Shown here: positions 55,861-64,000 of the stretch, piece after piece
Layout of the letters: each line of letters starts with the position of its first letter
How positions within the stretch are numbered: position 1 is the stretch's first letter
NCBI GenBank assembly: GCA_016927865.1
Contig: JAFGLU010000067.1
Location: 1,900 to 65,899 of the forward strand
Length of the DNA: 64,000 nucleotides
Source: Anaerolineaceae bacterium
GTDB taxonomy: Bacteria; Chloroflexota; Anaerolineae; Anaerolineales; Anaerolineaceae
Direction: 5' to 3'
Position numbers and translations under genes: made by a program
The notes under the pieces: generated by a model
What the model saw: only the letters and a program-made list of their open reading frames with translations
Told to the model about the DNA's origin: nothing
The model's database searches: none

Positions 55861-58800
55861 ATGCAATGTCCCTACTGCAACACCCATAACCCTGCGCAAG
55901 CGCGTTTTTGCCTTCACTGCGGGCACATTCTTGTTCGGGGCAGCGTCTGCCGCACCTGCTTCACCCTGCTTCTCCAGGAAGCGCGTTACTGCTATCACTG
56001 CGGCGCGGCGGTAATTTCCTCCATCACATCCCCGCTCCAGCCCGCTCAAATCGCCCAGCACGCAGCAGCCGCTGCCGCACCAGCGCCTCTCCCCGCACAA
56101 GCAGCCCAGCCGTCTGTGCCTGCCCTCATGGCGCGACCAATATCCGATCTGCTGCCTGATCTCAAGCGCTTCCTGCCTGCCGCCCTCTACGAGCCAATGG
56201 AGCGCATCCCCTCCCCCGCTGACCTGGACTCTGCCCGCGACCATCTGGCCGCCCTGCTCGACACTGCCAAAACATACCTGCCCCGCCCGGTGATCGTAGA
56301 ACCTCAACCCACCGGCGTCCCCAAAGGCAAACTCCAGCGCGGCGTGTTCATCTTCTGCGACGTTTCCGGCTTCACCCCGCTTTCCGAGCGCCTGAAGATG
56401 GTTTCGCCCCAAACCGCCGCTGAGCGCATCGCTGAAATCATCAATAACCTGTTCTTCGATGTGGTTACCGCCCTGTTCAACCACGGCGGCGACCTGCTCA
56501 AATTTGGTGGAGACGCCATGCTGGGGGTCTTCCCCGGCGACACCCCCGAGCAAATGACCGAAAGCGCTCTTCTGGCGGCTCAAACGGGCCTGGCCATCCA
56601 AAAGGTGATGGAAAAATACGCCGAGATCGACGCCGCCGGTGAAAAACGTTCCCTCAAGATTAAGTGCGGCATTGCCGCCGGCCCCTACTTCGCCGCCCAC
56701 ATCGGCACCCCGCCCGAGCCTGAGAAAGGCCAATGCGGCACGATGGCCTACGTCACCACCGGGCATACCGTCAACCGCACTGAAATCTGCCAGGGCTATG
56801 CCGCGGGCGGCGAGGTCACCCTCACTCAGGAAGTCTACGACTTGATCGGCGCCAGGGTGCAAGCCACGCCGGTGGAGACCGAAGGCGAGCACGGCGAGAA
56901 ACCCGACGGCATCTACCGGCTGGTATCCGCACCCGCCCTGGAAGGGGAACAGAAGCGCTTCACCTTGCAAGAGCCGCCCGAAGGCGAGACGACCGCCCAG
57001 ATCACCTACCTGGTCGAGCGCATGCAGCGCCTGGCCCCCTACATGAACAGCGAGTTGATCCGCCGCATCGTTGAAAACCCCCGCAACCCGCGCATTGCGC
57101 CCGACCGGCGCCAGGTTACGGTCATGTTTGCCAACTACCTGGGCATAAGCGATTTGGTAGACGCCCTGGGCGAAAAGAACCCCGAACTGGTCACCCAACA
57201 CCTCAACAACTACTTCGTCAAAATGGCCGACATCGTCGAAGAATACGAAGGCACGGTTGCGCGCATGGACCAGTATGCTGTGGGCGACCGTTTCATCGTC
57301 TTCTTTGGCGCGCCCCGCGCCCACGAAGACGATCCCGTCCGCGCCGTCTACACAGCCCTGGAAATGCAGCAGGCCATGAAACAGCACTTCTCTGCCCTGC
57401 AAACCCCCGAGGGCATCTTCCGCTTCCGCCAGCGCATCGGCATCAACACCGGCGTACTCTTCGCGGGCAATGCCGGCGCGCCCAACCTGCGCCAGGAATA
57501 CACCTTGATGGGTGACGATATCAACATGGCCGCCCGCCTGATGTCCAAATCGGGCTGGCAGGAAATTTACATCAGCGACCGCACCCAGGAGCGCATCGCG
57601 GCTTACTGTGAAACCAGCGACAAGGGCGAGATGCAGGTCAAAGGCAAGAGCATCCCTGTTCACGTCTACCAGGTGCTGCGCCGCCGCGCAGAAATCGGTC
57701 AGGCCCGCGGCATTGCCGGCGCGCACACCACCATGATCGGCCGAGATGAAGCTCTGCAAAAGCTACTCACCGCCGGACAGAATCTGCTGACCGGGCGCGG
57801 GGGGCTGGTCTCCGTCATCGGCGACAGCGGCCTGGGCAAATCGCGCTTGCTGACTGAAGCTCGCGCCCGCCTGTCAGCAAGCGACGCTCAGCCTAAGCTG
57901 CGCTGGATTCACGTGCAAGGGCTTTCTTTCAGCGAGCAGGTCGGCTACTGGTTGGCGGCGCAGATGGTGCGCGGCTCGCTGGACCTCGACCCGGCCGAAT
58001 CCGATGATAAGGCCCTGCTCTTCAGCCTGTGGGAAAACGGCGAAAAACTCCTCGGCAAAGAAAAAGCGCGCCAGGCCATGCCCTTCCTCATCCACATGGT
58101 TGGTTTAGAACTGGAAGGCGAATGGGGCCAGCGCGTCAAGAGCCTGGATGCGCGAGTGCGCCAAAAGCAAACGCTGTGGGCTGCTCGCGAATACTTCACC
58201 GCCCTGGCCTCCCTAAATCCGGTGCTGGTGGTCATCGATGATTTACACTTCGCCGACGAAGCCTCGCTGGCACTCTTCCAGGACCTGCTCCAGTGCACCG
58301 TTCAGGCGCCACTGCTGTTCTGTTTCCTCTACCGCCCTCTGCGCGACAAAGGCTGTTGGCGCATCCACGATTTCATCGAAAACAATTTTCCCCGCCGCCA
58401 CACCGAAATCAACATCTCCCCGCTCACTCGCCCGCAAAGCGAGGAACTTCTCGATCAACTCCTGCCCGGCGCGCAGATGGTCGAGACCGTTCGAGACGAG
58501 ATCCACGGAAAGTGCGCCGGCAACCCCTTCTACATCGAAGAGATGGTCCGCTCACTCATCGCCGGAGGCGCAGTGATCAAGACCGCCGGCGACACCTGGC
58601 AGGTGACTGATAAGATGGCCTCCATCACGGTACCCGGCACCCTGCAAGGAGCCATCATTGCCCGCATGGACCGGCTCAGCGAGGATGTTCGCCAGGCTTT
58701 GCAACTGGCAGCGGTCATTGGGCGGCGCTTCCAGGTCGAAATCCTCGATAAGCTGGCCACGCAAAGCACCGAAATGGCCGATTGGCTGGCTCAACTGGAG

Positions 58801-60318
58801 CGCAGCGACCTGATTCTGCCCGAGCAAGCCCGCCCCGACGCCTACATTTTCCCCGATGCCCTGGTGCAGGAAGTGGCCTACGACAACTTGCTTGTCCAAC
58901 GCCGCCAGGAGGTCCACCGCCGGGTCGGCGAAACCCTGGAAGAAATCTTCGCCGCCCAGGCTGAACAAAAAGGCGTTCCTTTCGAGGACATCCAGGCCCA
59001 GGAATGCGAGCTGCTCGCCTATCATTTCCGACTGAGCGACCACCGCGAGAAGGCCGCCCGCTACCTGGAATTGGCCGCCAAACGCGCTCAGGCCGGGTTT
59101 GCCAATGCCACCGCCATCCAACACTACACCGAACTGATGGGCTTGCTGGACAAAGACGAAAATGCCTGGCAGCAGCGCTTCGACATCCTTGCCCGCCGCC
59201 AGCGCATCCACGGTCTGACCGGCAAGCAAGATGCCCGCCTGGCGGACCTGAATGCCATGCTCGAATCCGCCCAGGCCCATGCCGACTCACTCCGCACCGG
59301 CGACGCCCTCAACGAACTGGCCGACCTGTACCAATCAATGGGCCGCTATGAAGAGGCAAAAACCACCGCGAACGAAGCTTTGACCATCAAAGCCGGGTTG
59401 GATGACATCGACGGGCAAGCCGACGCGCTCAACACGCTGGGGATTCTGGAATACTTCCGCGGCAACTACACCGAGTCCCATCCGTTGCTCGAGCAAGCCG
59501 TGGCTCTGCGCAAGCAGATCGCCGACGGCGAGGGCGAAGCCTGGAGCACCATGTACCTGGGCATGATCCACTTCATGCAAGGCGATTTCAGCGCCGCCGC
59601 TCGCCTGCACTCCCACGCGTTGGAATTAGCCGAGGCCCGTCAGGATATGTTCCAAACCGGCATTCACGTCACCAACCTGGCTCGCGTCCTGCTCGGCCTG
59701 GGCGATTACGCTCAAGCGATTGAAAAGCTGCAACACGGCCTGGAGATGAAAACCCGCATCGGCGACCGGATGGGCCAGGGCTTCAACCTGTACCTGATCG
59801 GTCTGGCCCTGATCTATGAAGGCCGCCTGGACGAAGCCGAGACGTGGCTGAACCGTTCCAAGGAGATCCGCGAACAGATCAAAGACAGCCGCGGCCTCAG
59901 CTACTGCCTGCATGGGTTGGGGCTGCTGGCCCTCGAACGGCAGAACTGGCCCGAGGCCGTTGAACTGCTGGCCCTGGCGCACCAATCCCGCGCCGGCCTG
60001 GGCCTGAAAAACGAGACGATCGAAAGCCTCTCCTATCTGGCTAAGGCCCGCCTGTTGGCTGGCGACGCCGCCCAGGCCCTGGTCGACTCGACTCAGGCAG
60101 TAGAAAGCATGGCCCAGCAAAAAGAAATGCAAGAAGCCCCGCAGATCTACTTCAACCATGCCCGCATCCTGAATGCTCACAAAATTACTGAATTCGAGGA
60201 ATACGACGAAATGGCCCGCCAGGCGCTCGACCGGCAAGCCCAACGCATTGCCGACCCGCAAGAACGTGAGATTTTCCTGGCAAAGAATCGCATCAACCGT
60301 GAAATCTTAGGTTCGTGA
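55861..60318 (+). CDS. Class III adenylate cyclase: double zinc ribbon, two cyclase domains, STAND/AAA NTPase, TPR repeats
   Basis: CPYC..CLHC..CRTC..CYHC; FCDVSGFT and KFGGDA; GINTG and EYTLMGDDINMAARL; GDSGLGKS; VVIDDLH; GNPFYIEE; TPRs. Confidence 0.93.
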   Translation: MQCPYCNTHNPAQARFCLHCGHILVRGSVCRTCFTLLLQEARYCYHCGAAVISSITSPLQPAQIAQHAAAAAAPAPLPAQAAQPSVPALMARPISDLLPDLKRFLPAALYEPMERIPSPADLDSARDHLAALLDTAKTYLPRPVIVEPQPTGVPKGKLQRGVFIFCDVSGFTPLSERLKMVSPQTAAERIAEIINNLFFDVVTALFNHGGDLLKFGGDAMLGVFPGDTPEQMTESALLAAQTGLAIQKVMEKYAEIDAAGEKRSLKIKCGIAAGPYFAAHIGTPPEPEKGQCGTMAYVTTGHTVNRTEICQGYAAGGEVTLTQEVYDLIGARVQATPVETEGEHGEKPDGIYRLVSAPALEGEQKRFTLQEPPEGETTAQITYLVERMQRLAPYMNSELIRRIVENPRNPRIAPDRRQVTVMFANYLGISDLVDALGEKNPELVTQHLNNYFVKMADIVEEYEGTVARMDQYAVGDRFIVFFGAPRAHEDDPVRAVYTALEMQQAMKQHFSALQTPEGIFRFRQRIGINTGVLFAGNAGAPNLRQEYTLMGDDINMAARLMSKSGWQEIYISDRTQERIAAYCETSDKGEMQVKGKSIPVHVYQVLRRRAEIGQARGIAGAHTTMIGRDEALQKLLTAGQNLLTGRGGLVSVIGDSGLGKSRLLTEARARLSASDAQPKLRWIHVQGLSFSEQVGYWLAAQMVRGSLDLDPAESDDKALLFSLWENGEKLLGKEKARQAMPFLIHMVGLELEGEWGQRVKSLDARVRQKQTLWAAREYFTALASLNPVLVVIDDLHFADEASLALFQDLLQCTVQAPLLFCFLYRPLRDKGCWRIHDFIENNFPRRHTEINISPLTRPQSEELLDQLLPGAQMVETVRDEIHGKCAGNPFYIEEMVRSLIAGGAVIKTAGDTWQVTDKMASITVPGTLQGAIIARMDRLSEDVRQALQLAAVIGRRFQVEILDKLATQSTEMADWLAQLERSDLILPEQARPDAYIFPDALVQEVAYDNLLVQRRQEVHRRVGETLEEIFAAQAEQKGVPFEDIQAQECELLAYHFRLSDHREKAARYLELAAKRAQAGFANATAIQHYTELMGLLDKDENAWQQRFDILARRQRIHGLTGKQDARLADLNAMLESAQAHADSLRTGDALNELADLYQSMGRYEEAKTTANEALTIKAGLDDIDGQADALNTLGILEYFRGNYTESHPLLEQAVALRKQIADGEGEAWSTMYLGMIHFMQGDFSAAARLHSHALELAEARQDMFQTGIHVTNLARVLLGLGDYAQAIEKLQHGLEMKTRIGDRMGQGFNLYLIGLALIYEGRLDEAETWLNRSKEIREQIKDSRGLSYCLHGLGLLALERQNWPEAVELLALAHQSRAGLGLKNETIESLSYLAKARLLAGDAAQALVDSTQAVESMAQQKEMQEAPQIYFNHARILNAHKITEFEEYDEMARQALDRQAQRIADPQEREIFLAKNRINREILGS

Positions 60319-60391
60319 CCCAAAGAACCCAGGTAATACAAACCATCAGATTCGCCCAAGTAACATATAATTCAAAAAAGGAGAAAATAAA

Positions 60392-60892
60392 ATGGGAACT
60401 AAAGGACGCTCAATTGTTGGAATGGATGTTGATGAGCTGCTCAACCTGCTCAACCGCGCTTTCGCCGATGAGTGGTTGGCCTACTACCAGTATTGGATGG
60501 GAGCCAAGGTGGTCAAGGGGCCCATGAAAGATGCCGTGGCTGCCGAATTGATTCTGCACGCCACCGAAGAACTGGCCCACGCCGACATGCTGGCCCTGCG
60601 CATCATCCAGCTCGGCGGCACGCCCCTGCTCACCCCCGAAGATTGGTACAAGAACACCAACTGCGGATACGATTCCCCCACAGATCCCTATGTCAAGATC
60701 ATCCTGGAGCAAAACATCAAGGGCGAACAATGCGCCATCGAGGTGTACCAGTCTCTACTCAAAATAACGCGGGATGCCGACCCGGTCACCTATAACATCG
60801 TTCTCACCATCCTCGAACAGGAAGTGGAGCACGAGGAAGATTTGCAGTCCTTGCAAGAAGATATCGAGACCCTGATGGTCTCCAAACACTAA
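60392..60892 (+). CDS. Ferritin-like DPSL (DPS-like/bacterioferritin-related) protein
   Basis: ADEWLAYYQYW, EELAHA, RIIQLGG, GEQCAI and EVEHEEDL ferroxidase ligands; Cys pair (TNCG, EQCA). Confidence 0.9.
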   Translation: MGTKGRSIVGMDVDELLNLLNRAFADEWLAYYQYWMGAKVVKGPMKDAVAAELILHATEELAHADMLALRIIQLGGTPLLTPEDWYKNTNCGYDSPTDPYVKIILEQNIKGEQCAIEVYQSLLKITRDADPVTYNIVLTILEQEVEHEEDLQSLQEDIETLMVSKH

Positions 60893-60909
60893 CCCAAATT
60901 GGTTTCTTC

Positions 60910-60955
60910 ATAAAACAGTCAATGCGGCGTGAACACGCCGCATTGACTGTTTTAT
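60910..60955. terminator. Bidirectional terminator/REP-like hairpin related to 5871-5918
   Basis: ataaaacagtcaatgcggcgtg-aa-cacgccgcattgactgttttat. Confidence 0.75.
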
Positions 60956-60997
60956 AGAGGTTTCCCCTCCTCAATAACAGGGATGGGGACGAATATT

Positions 60998-62806
60998 CTA
61001 AATCAGCTTGAACACGCGGAACGAATGCGGCTTGACCGTCACCGGGCAACCTTGCACGCCGGTTTTCTGCCCAAAACGGGTCACCCGCTCCTCCCCCGTA
61101 ATCTCCTTGCCGGTCAGAATGTCGCGCAGCCCCTTGCGCCCGGCAGCAATCACCACCTGGGCATCCACGCTCTCGTCCAGGAAGGACTCGACAATCAACG
61201 TGTCGTTGTCATACAGGAACAGCGCCACCTGCGCCGGGGCTTCCAGGCGGGCAGGCAGTTTGGCTGCCAAAAACTCTTTCATCTTACTCAAAACGCCTTC
61301 CGGCAAATGATACAGGTCGCCGAAATTATCAGGGACGGCCAGCACGTACAACACGCCTAGCCCGTAGGTGGCCGAATGCAACAGCGGGCAACCCGTCACC
61401 CCGCCCATGCAGGAAATCTCCTCCCATGAATCATTGGTAAAGTAGGTTACCTGCGGCACCGTCACCGGCTTCTCGCCCTCAAAAATCCCGCTCCAGCCAA
61501 TCAAGAACTTATTAGTCGTAGTTCTGCGGTCCGAAACTTCCAACTCGGCCACGTGGCGAATGCCGCGATCCTGCAGCGCGCGCAGCAGCCCCGAAGTAAT
61601 CACCACCGCATTCCCTTTCCGAACATGATACTCAATCTTCTCCACAATCCCCTGGTCAAATTTTGACGCCTCGGTCAAAATCACCACCGGCGCATCCTCG
61701 GGAAAGTCCGGGCGCACATCCACCGGAATACCCAACATACCCAGGTAGCTAGGCAAAAAGTCCTCGCCGTAAGAATGGTAAGGTTTGTAGACCGGAACAC
61801 CCACCGGCTGCCCCAGTTCACCCAGGAAACGGTCCACCGATTCAAAGGCAGCCCCTGCGGTCAGCGGGAAAATGGCTTCTTTTCGCAGGCTGCCATCGGG
61901 CTGTTTAGCCGCGGCCAACGCCGAGTCATTATCAAAACTGGTGCCCTGACCCTGCCACGCGCCGCGCTGTGGCTCCATGAACGGGCTGATGACCGAGCGG
62001 AAGTCGAACAAAGTGATCTCGTGCGTCTTGGAAAACAGCGTCATCCACAGCTGCTCCGCATAACGGTCCGGGGTGAGCGAGGCAAACGGATCCACCCAAC
62101 CGCCGCCGTTGCCGCCTGGTTTGAGATTTTCAAAATAGCGCATGATCGAATAGCCGTGGTAGGGCTGTAAATGCTGGTTGCCGATCACCGCGTCGCGGGT
62201 CTCGGTACCGGTATAAATGCCATCGAACAAGGCCGGCCCGCGCTCCAGGTCAAAACCCAGCCCCTGAAAATGCTCATACCAGTTGGGATATTTAATCACC
62301 ACCTTGACTTTGGGGTTGGCGGCCTTGGCGGGCTTGATGATTAAATCACTGGCGGCCGCGGTCATCAAATCCAGGCGGAAACGAGTCCAACTTCGGCTGC
62401 CTTTAGCTTGAATGCAGGACTCGCACTTGCAGTTGGTAAAGAAAAAATCATCCAGGATCAGCTCGTCAAACATACGCGCCGTATACGCTGCCAGGTCTTT
62501 TAACTTAGCGCGGTGCTCCGGGTTGGTGTAACAGTACGTTTGGAAGCGGTTCGGCTCGTTCACGGTCACCGTAATCCCCCCTGCGGTCTGAATGCCGCGC
62601 TCCTCAAAGAAACGCTTGGCCCCCAGCACGGCTTCCTCATCCGCCACGAACCAATCCCGATGCGTTTCAAGATAAACCTTGCTAACCTTCACTCCGCTCG
62701 AAATTGTCTCAAAGCCCTGGCGCAACCATTCCAGGTCTTTCATCTTTGCCACTTCTTGCGCCCGGCAGTAAATTGCCACGTCGAAATTCTGGTATCTATT
62801 TGTCAT
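60998..62806 (-). CDS. Hypothetical soluble protein, glycoside hydrolase-like TIM barrel suspected
   Basis: KVYLETHR, ELILDDFFFTNCKCESC (Zn-type Cys cluster as in GH42-like enzymes), KYPNWYE and TETRD; no TM. Confidence 0.7.
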   Translation of the reverse strand: MTNRYQNFDVAIYCRAQEVAKMKDLEWLRQGFETISSGVKVSKVYLETHRDWFVADEEAVLGAKRFFEERGIQTAGGITVTVNEPNRFQTYCYTNPEHRAKLKDLAAYTARMFDELILDDFFFTNCKCESCIQAKGSRSWTRFRLDLMTAAASDLIIKPAKAANPKVKVVIKYPNWYEHFQGLGFDLERGPALFDGIYTGTETRDAVIGNQHLQPYHGYSIMRYFENLKPGGNGGGWVDPFASLTPDRYAEQLWMTLFSKTHEITLFDFRSVISPFMEPQRGAWQGQGTSFDNDSALAAAKQPDGSLRKEAIFPLTAGAAFESVDRFLGELGQPVGVPVYKPYHSYGEDFLPSYLGMLGIPVDVRPDFPEDAPVVILTEASKFDQGIVEKIEYHVRKGNAVVITSGLLRALQDRGIRHVAELEVSDRRTTTNKFLIGWSGIFEGEKPVTVPQVTYFTNDSWEEISCMGGVTGCPLLHSATYGLGVLYVLAVPDNFGDLYHLPEGVLSKMKEFLAAKLPARLEAPAQVALFLYDNDTLIVESFLDESVDAQVVIAAGRKGLRDILTGKEITGEERVTRFGQKTGVQGCPVTVKPHSFRVFKLI

Positions 62807-62841
62807 TGTTGCACCTTTTGAGAAGACTTCCAAGATTGGAC

Positions 62842-62899
62842 GTTACTGCTCAGCCCTTTGGGGAAAGAGGCCCTTTTCTGCCTGGGCCTGAGTAGTTAC
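62842..62899. repeat. Compact element with both terminal repeats
   Basis: gttactgctcag...ctgagtagttac. Confidence 0.75.
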
Positions 62900-63047
62900 G
62901 ATTGGACAAGCGAGATAATGTGATTGTACTCCAACTCTACCAGAAATGTGAAGGTTATCATGGGGGTTCATTGGGAATCGGCGCGGTGGAAAAATGCAAT
63001 TAATCGAACCATGCTACAATCGAACCATCTACCCCGGAGGTATCCTC

Positions 63048-64000
63048 ATGCGCCGCATTCTGCCCGCCTTGACCCTGGTTCTCCTGCTCGTCCAAACTGC
63101 CTGCGCTGCTGCCACCCCCGCCTCCACCGCCACACCCCAACAACCACCCGCTGTCTCACCCAGACCCACAGCCACCCTGGCGCCTGCCGAAACACCCACC
63201 CAGCCCGCCGCCATCTTGCCCATGCTGGACGATTTCGAGATCTCCTCCACCTCCTGGATACCCGGCCTGCCCCCCGGATTCAACGAATCCTCGGCCCTTT
63301 CTGTGACGCTTTCCGACCAGCACCCCACCAGCGGCGCGCAGTCCCTGGAACTTGCCTTCGACAAGAACGACCAGCCCCAAGCCGTCTTCGCCTACGAACG
63401 CCCCCTGGACCTTTCTGCTTCTCGCTTCCTGGAATTCGACCTCTTCAACCCCGGCGCTGCCTCCGCTGTGGCCCTGTCCATCAGCACCGGCGAGACCTGG
63501 GAATGGTTTGAATCGGCGGTGATCCCTTTGGAGACAGGCGCCCAAACCCTGTCCTTTGACCTCACCACCCCAAATTACCAAAGTGCCGCCTCCAACTGGG
63601 CGCCAACCACCCCCCTCCGCAACCTCGACCACACCCAGCGCATCGCCGTGCTGGTCATCCCGCTCGAGTCCGGCTCCGTGTTCATCGACACCTTGCGCCT
63701 CTCTGAAAGCGCATCTGGAACGCTGCCCAGCGCCGCCCAGCCCCAGCCCACCCCAACCCCCATTGTTGCCGTGCCGCCCACCTTCCTGGAGGTTAAACCC
63801 TTGCAGTTCATGGCCCCAGCGCACGCGTCCATCGAGTTCGAAATTGCCACCGACGGTGTGTTTGCCAACCCCTTCGACCCCGCCGAGGTCGATCTCAAAG
63901 TGCGCTTCAGCGGCCCCGGTGGCAGCGAGATTCTGGCCCCTGCCTTCTGGTACCAGGACTACGACCCGCTCACCTTCCAGCCTCGCGGCGAGCCTGGCTG
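63048..64000 (+). CDS. Lipoprotein with CBM-like domain and DUF5060-like domain (3' truncated; absent from ORF track)
   Basis: GGAGG RBS; MRRILPALTLVLLLVQTA^C lipobox; PT linker; LDDFE...VFIDTLRL beta-sandwich; NPFDP...FSGPGG...PAFWYQ. Open to the window end. Confidence 0.85.
   Translation, partial: MRRILPALTLVLLLVQTACAAATPASTATPQQPPAVSPRPTATLAPAETPTQPAAILPMLDDFEISSTSWIPGLPPGFNESSALSVTLSDQHPTSGAQSLELAFDKNDQPQAVFAYERPLDLSASRFLEFDLFNPGAASAVALSISTGETWEWFESAVIPLETGAQTLSFDLTTPNYQSAASNWAPTTPLRNLDHTQRIAVLVIPLESGSVFIDTLRLSESASGTLPSAAQPQPTPTPIVAVPPTFLEVKPLQFMAPAHASIEFEIATDGVFANPFDPAEVDLKVRFSGPGGSEILAPAFWYQDYDPLTFQPRGEPG

Noticed and set aside
55843-57759. 638-aa minus-strand ORF
   Set aside because: Antisense shadow of the adenylate cyclase caused by GC codon bias; no recognisable motifs.

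Overview
A GC-rich bacterial chromosomal window. Gene content and style (secretin-less Tad locus, type 2 IDI plus archaeal-type GGPP synthase, PT-rich lipoproteins, kinase-PD40 proteins, sAC-like cyclase) suggest Chloroflexota/Anaerolineae; this is inference, not a database result. It holds about 50 CDS: housekeeping genes (fni, acpP, sucCD, malQ, glgA, cinA, miaA, cydAB, psuK/psuG, hpf), a Flp/Tad pilus operon running into comF-hpf, a tightly coupled ridA-glycosyltransferase-capD-femAB-femAB-D-cysteine desulfhydrase operon, two tandem Ser/Thr kinases, a 1485-aa twin-cyclase STAND/TPR protein and an orphan eCIS-type AAA ATPase. Two real genes are missing from the ORF track: the 48-aa Flp pilin at 7920 and a lipoprotein at 63048. 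No rRNA, tRNA, CRISPR, integrase or transposase was seen. Best leads: (1) an AT-richer two-gene cassette (nucleotidyltransferase-like plus membrane protein) bracketed by inverted arrays of a 10-bp nnnCGCGAAT repeat; (2) the Cys-tailed RidA / twin Fem / DcyD surface-glycan operon; (3) a dispersed GTAACTACTCAG...CTGAGTAGTTAC intergenic element family; (4) unusual fusions and degenerate enzymes (deaminase-CYTH, SPFH-HTH, Lgt-like protein lacking catalytic residues); (5) several apparently leaderless genes.
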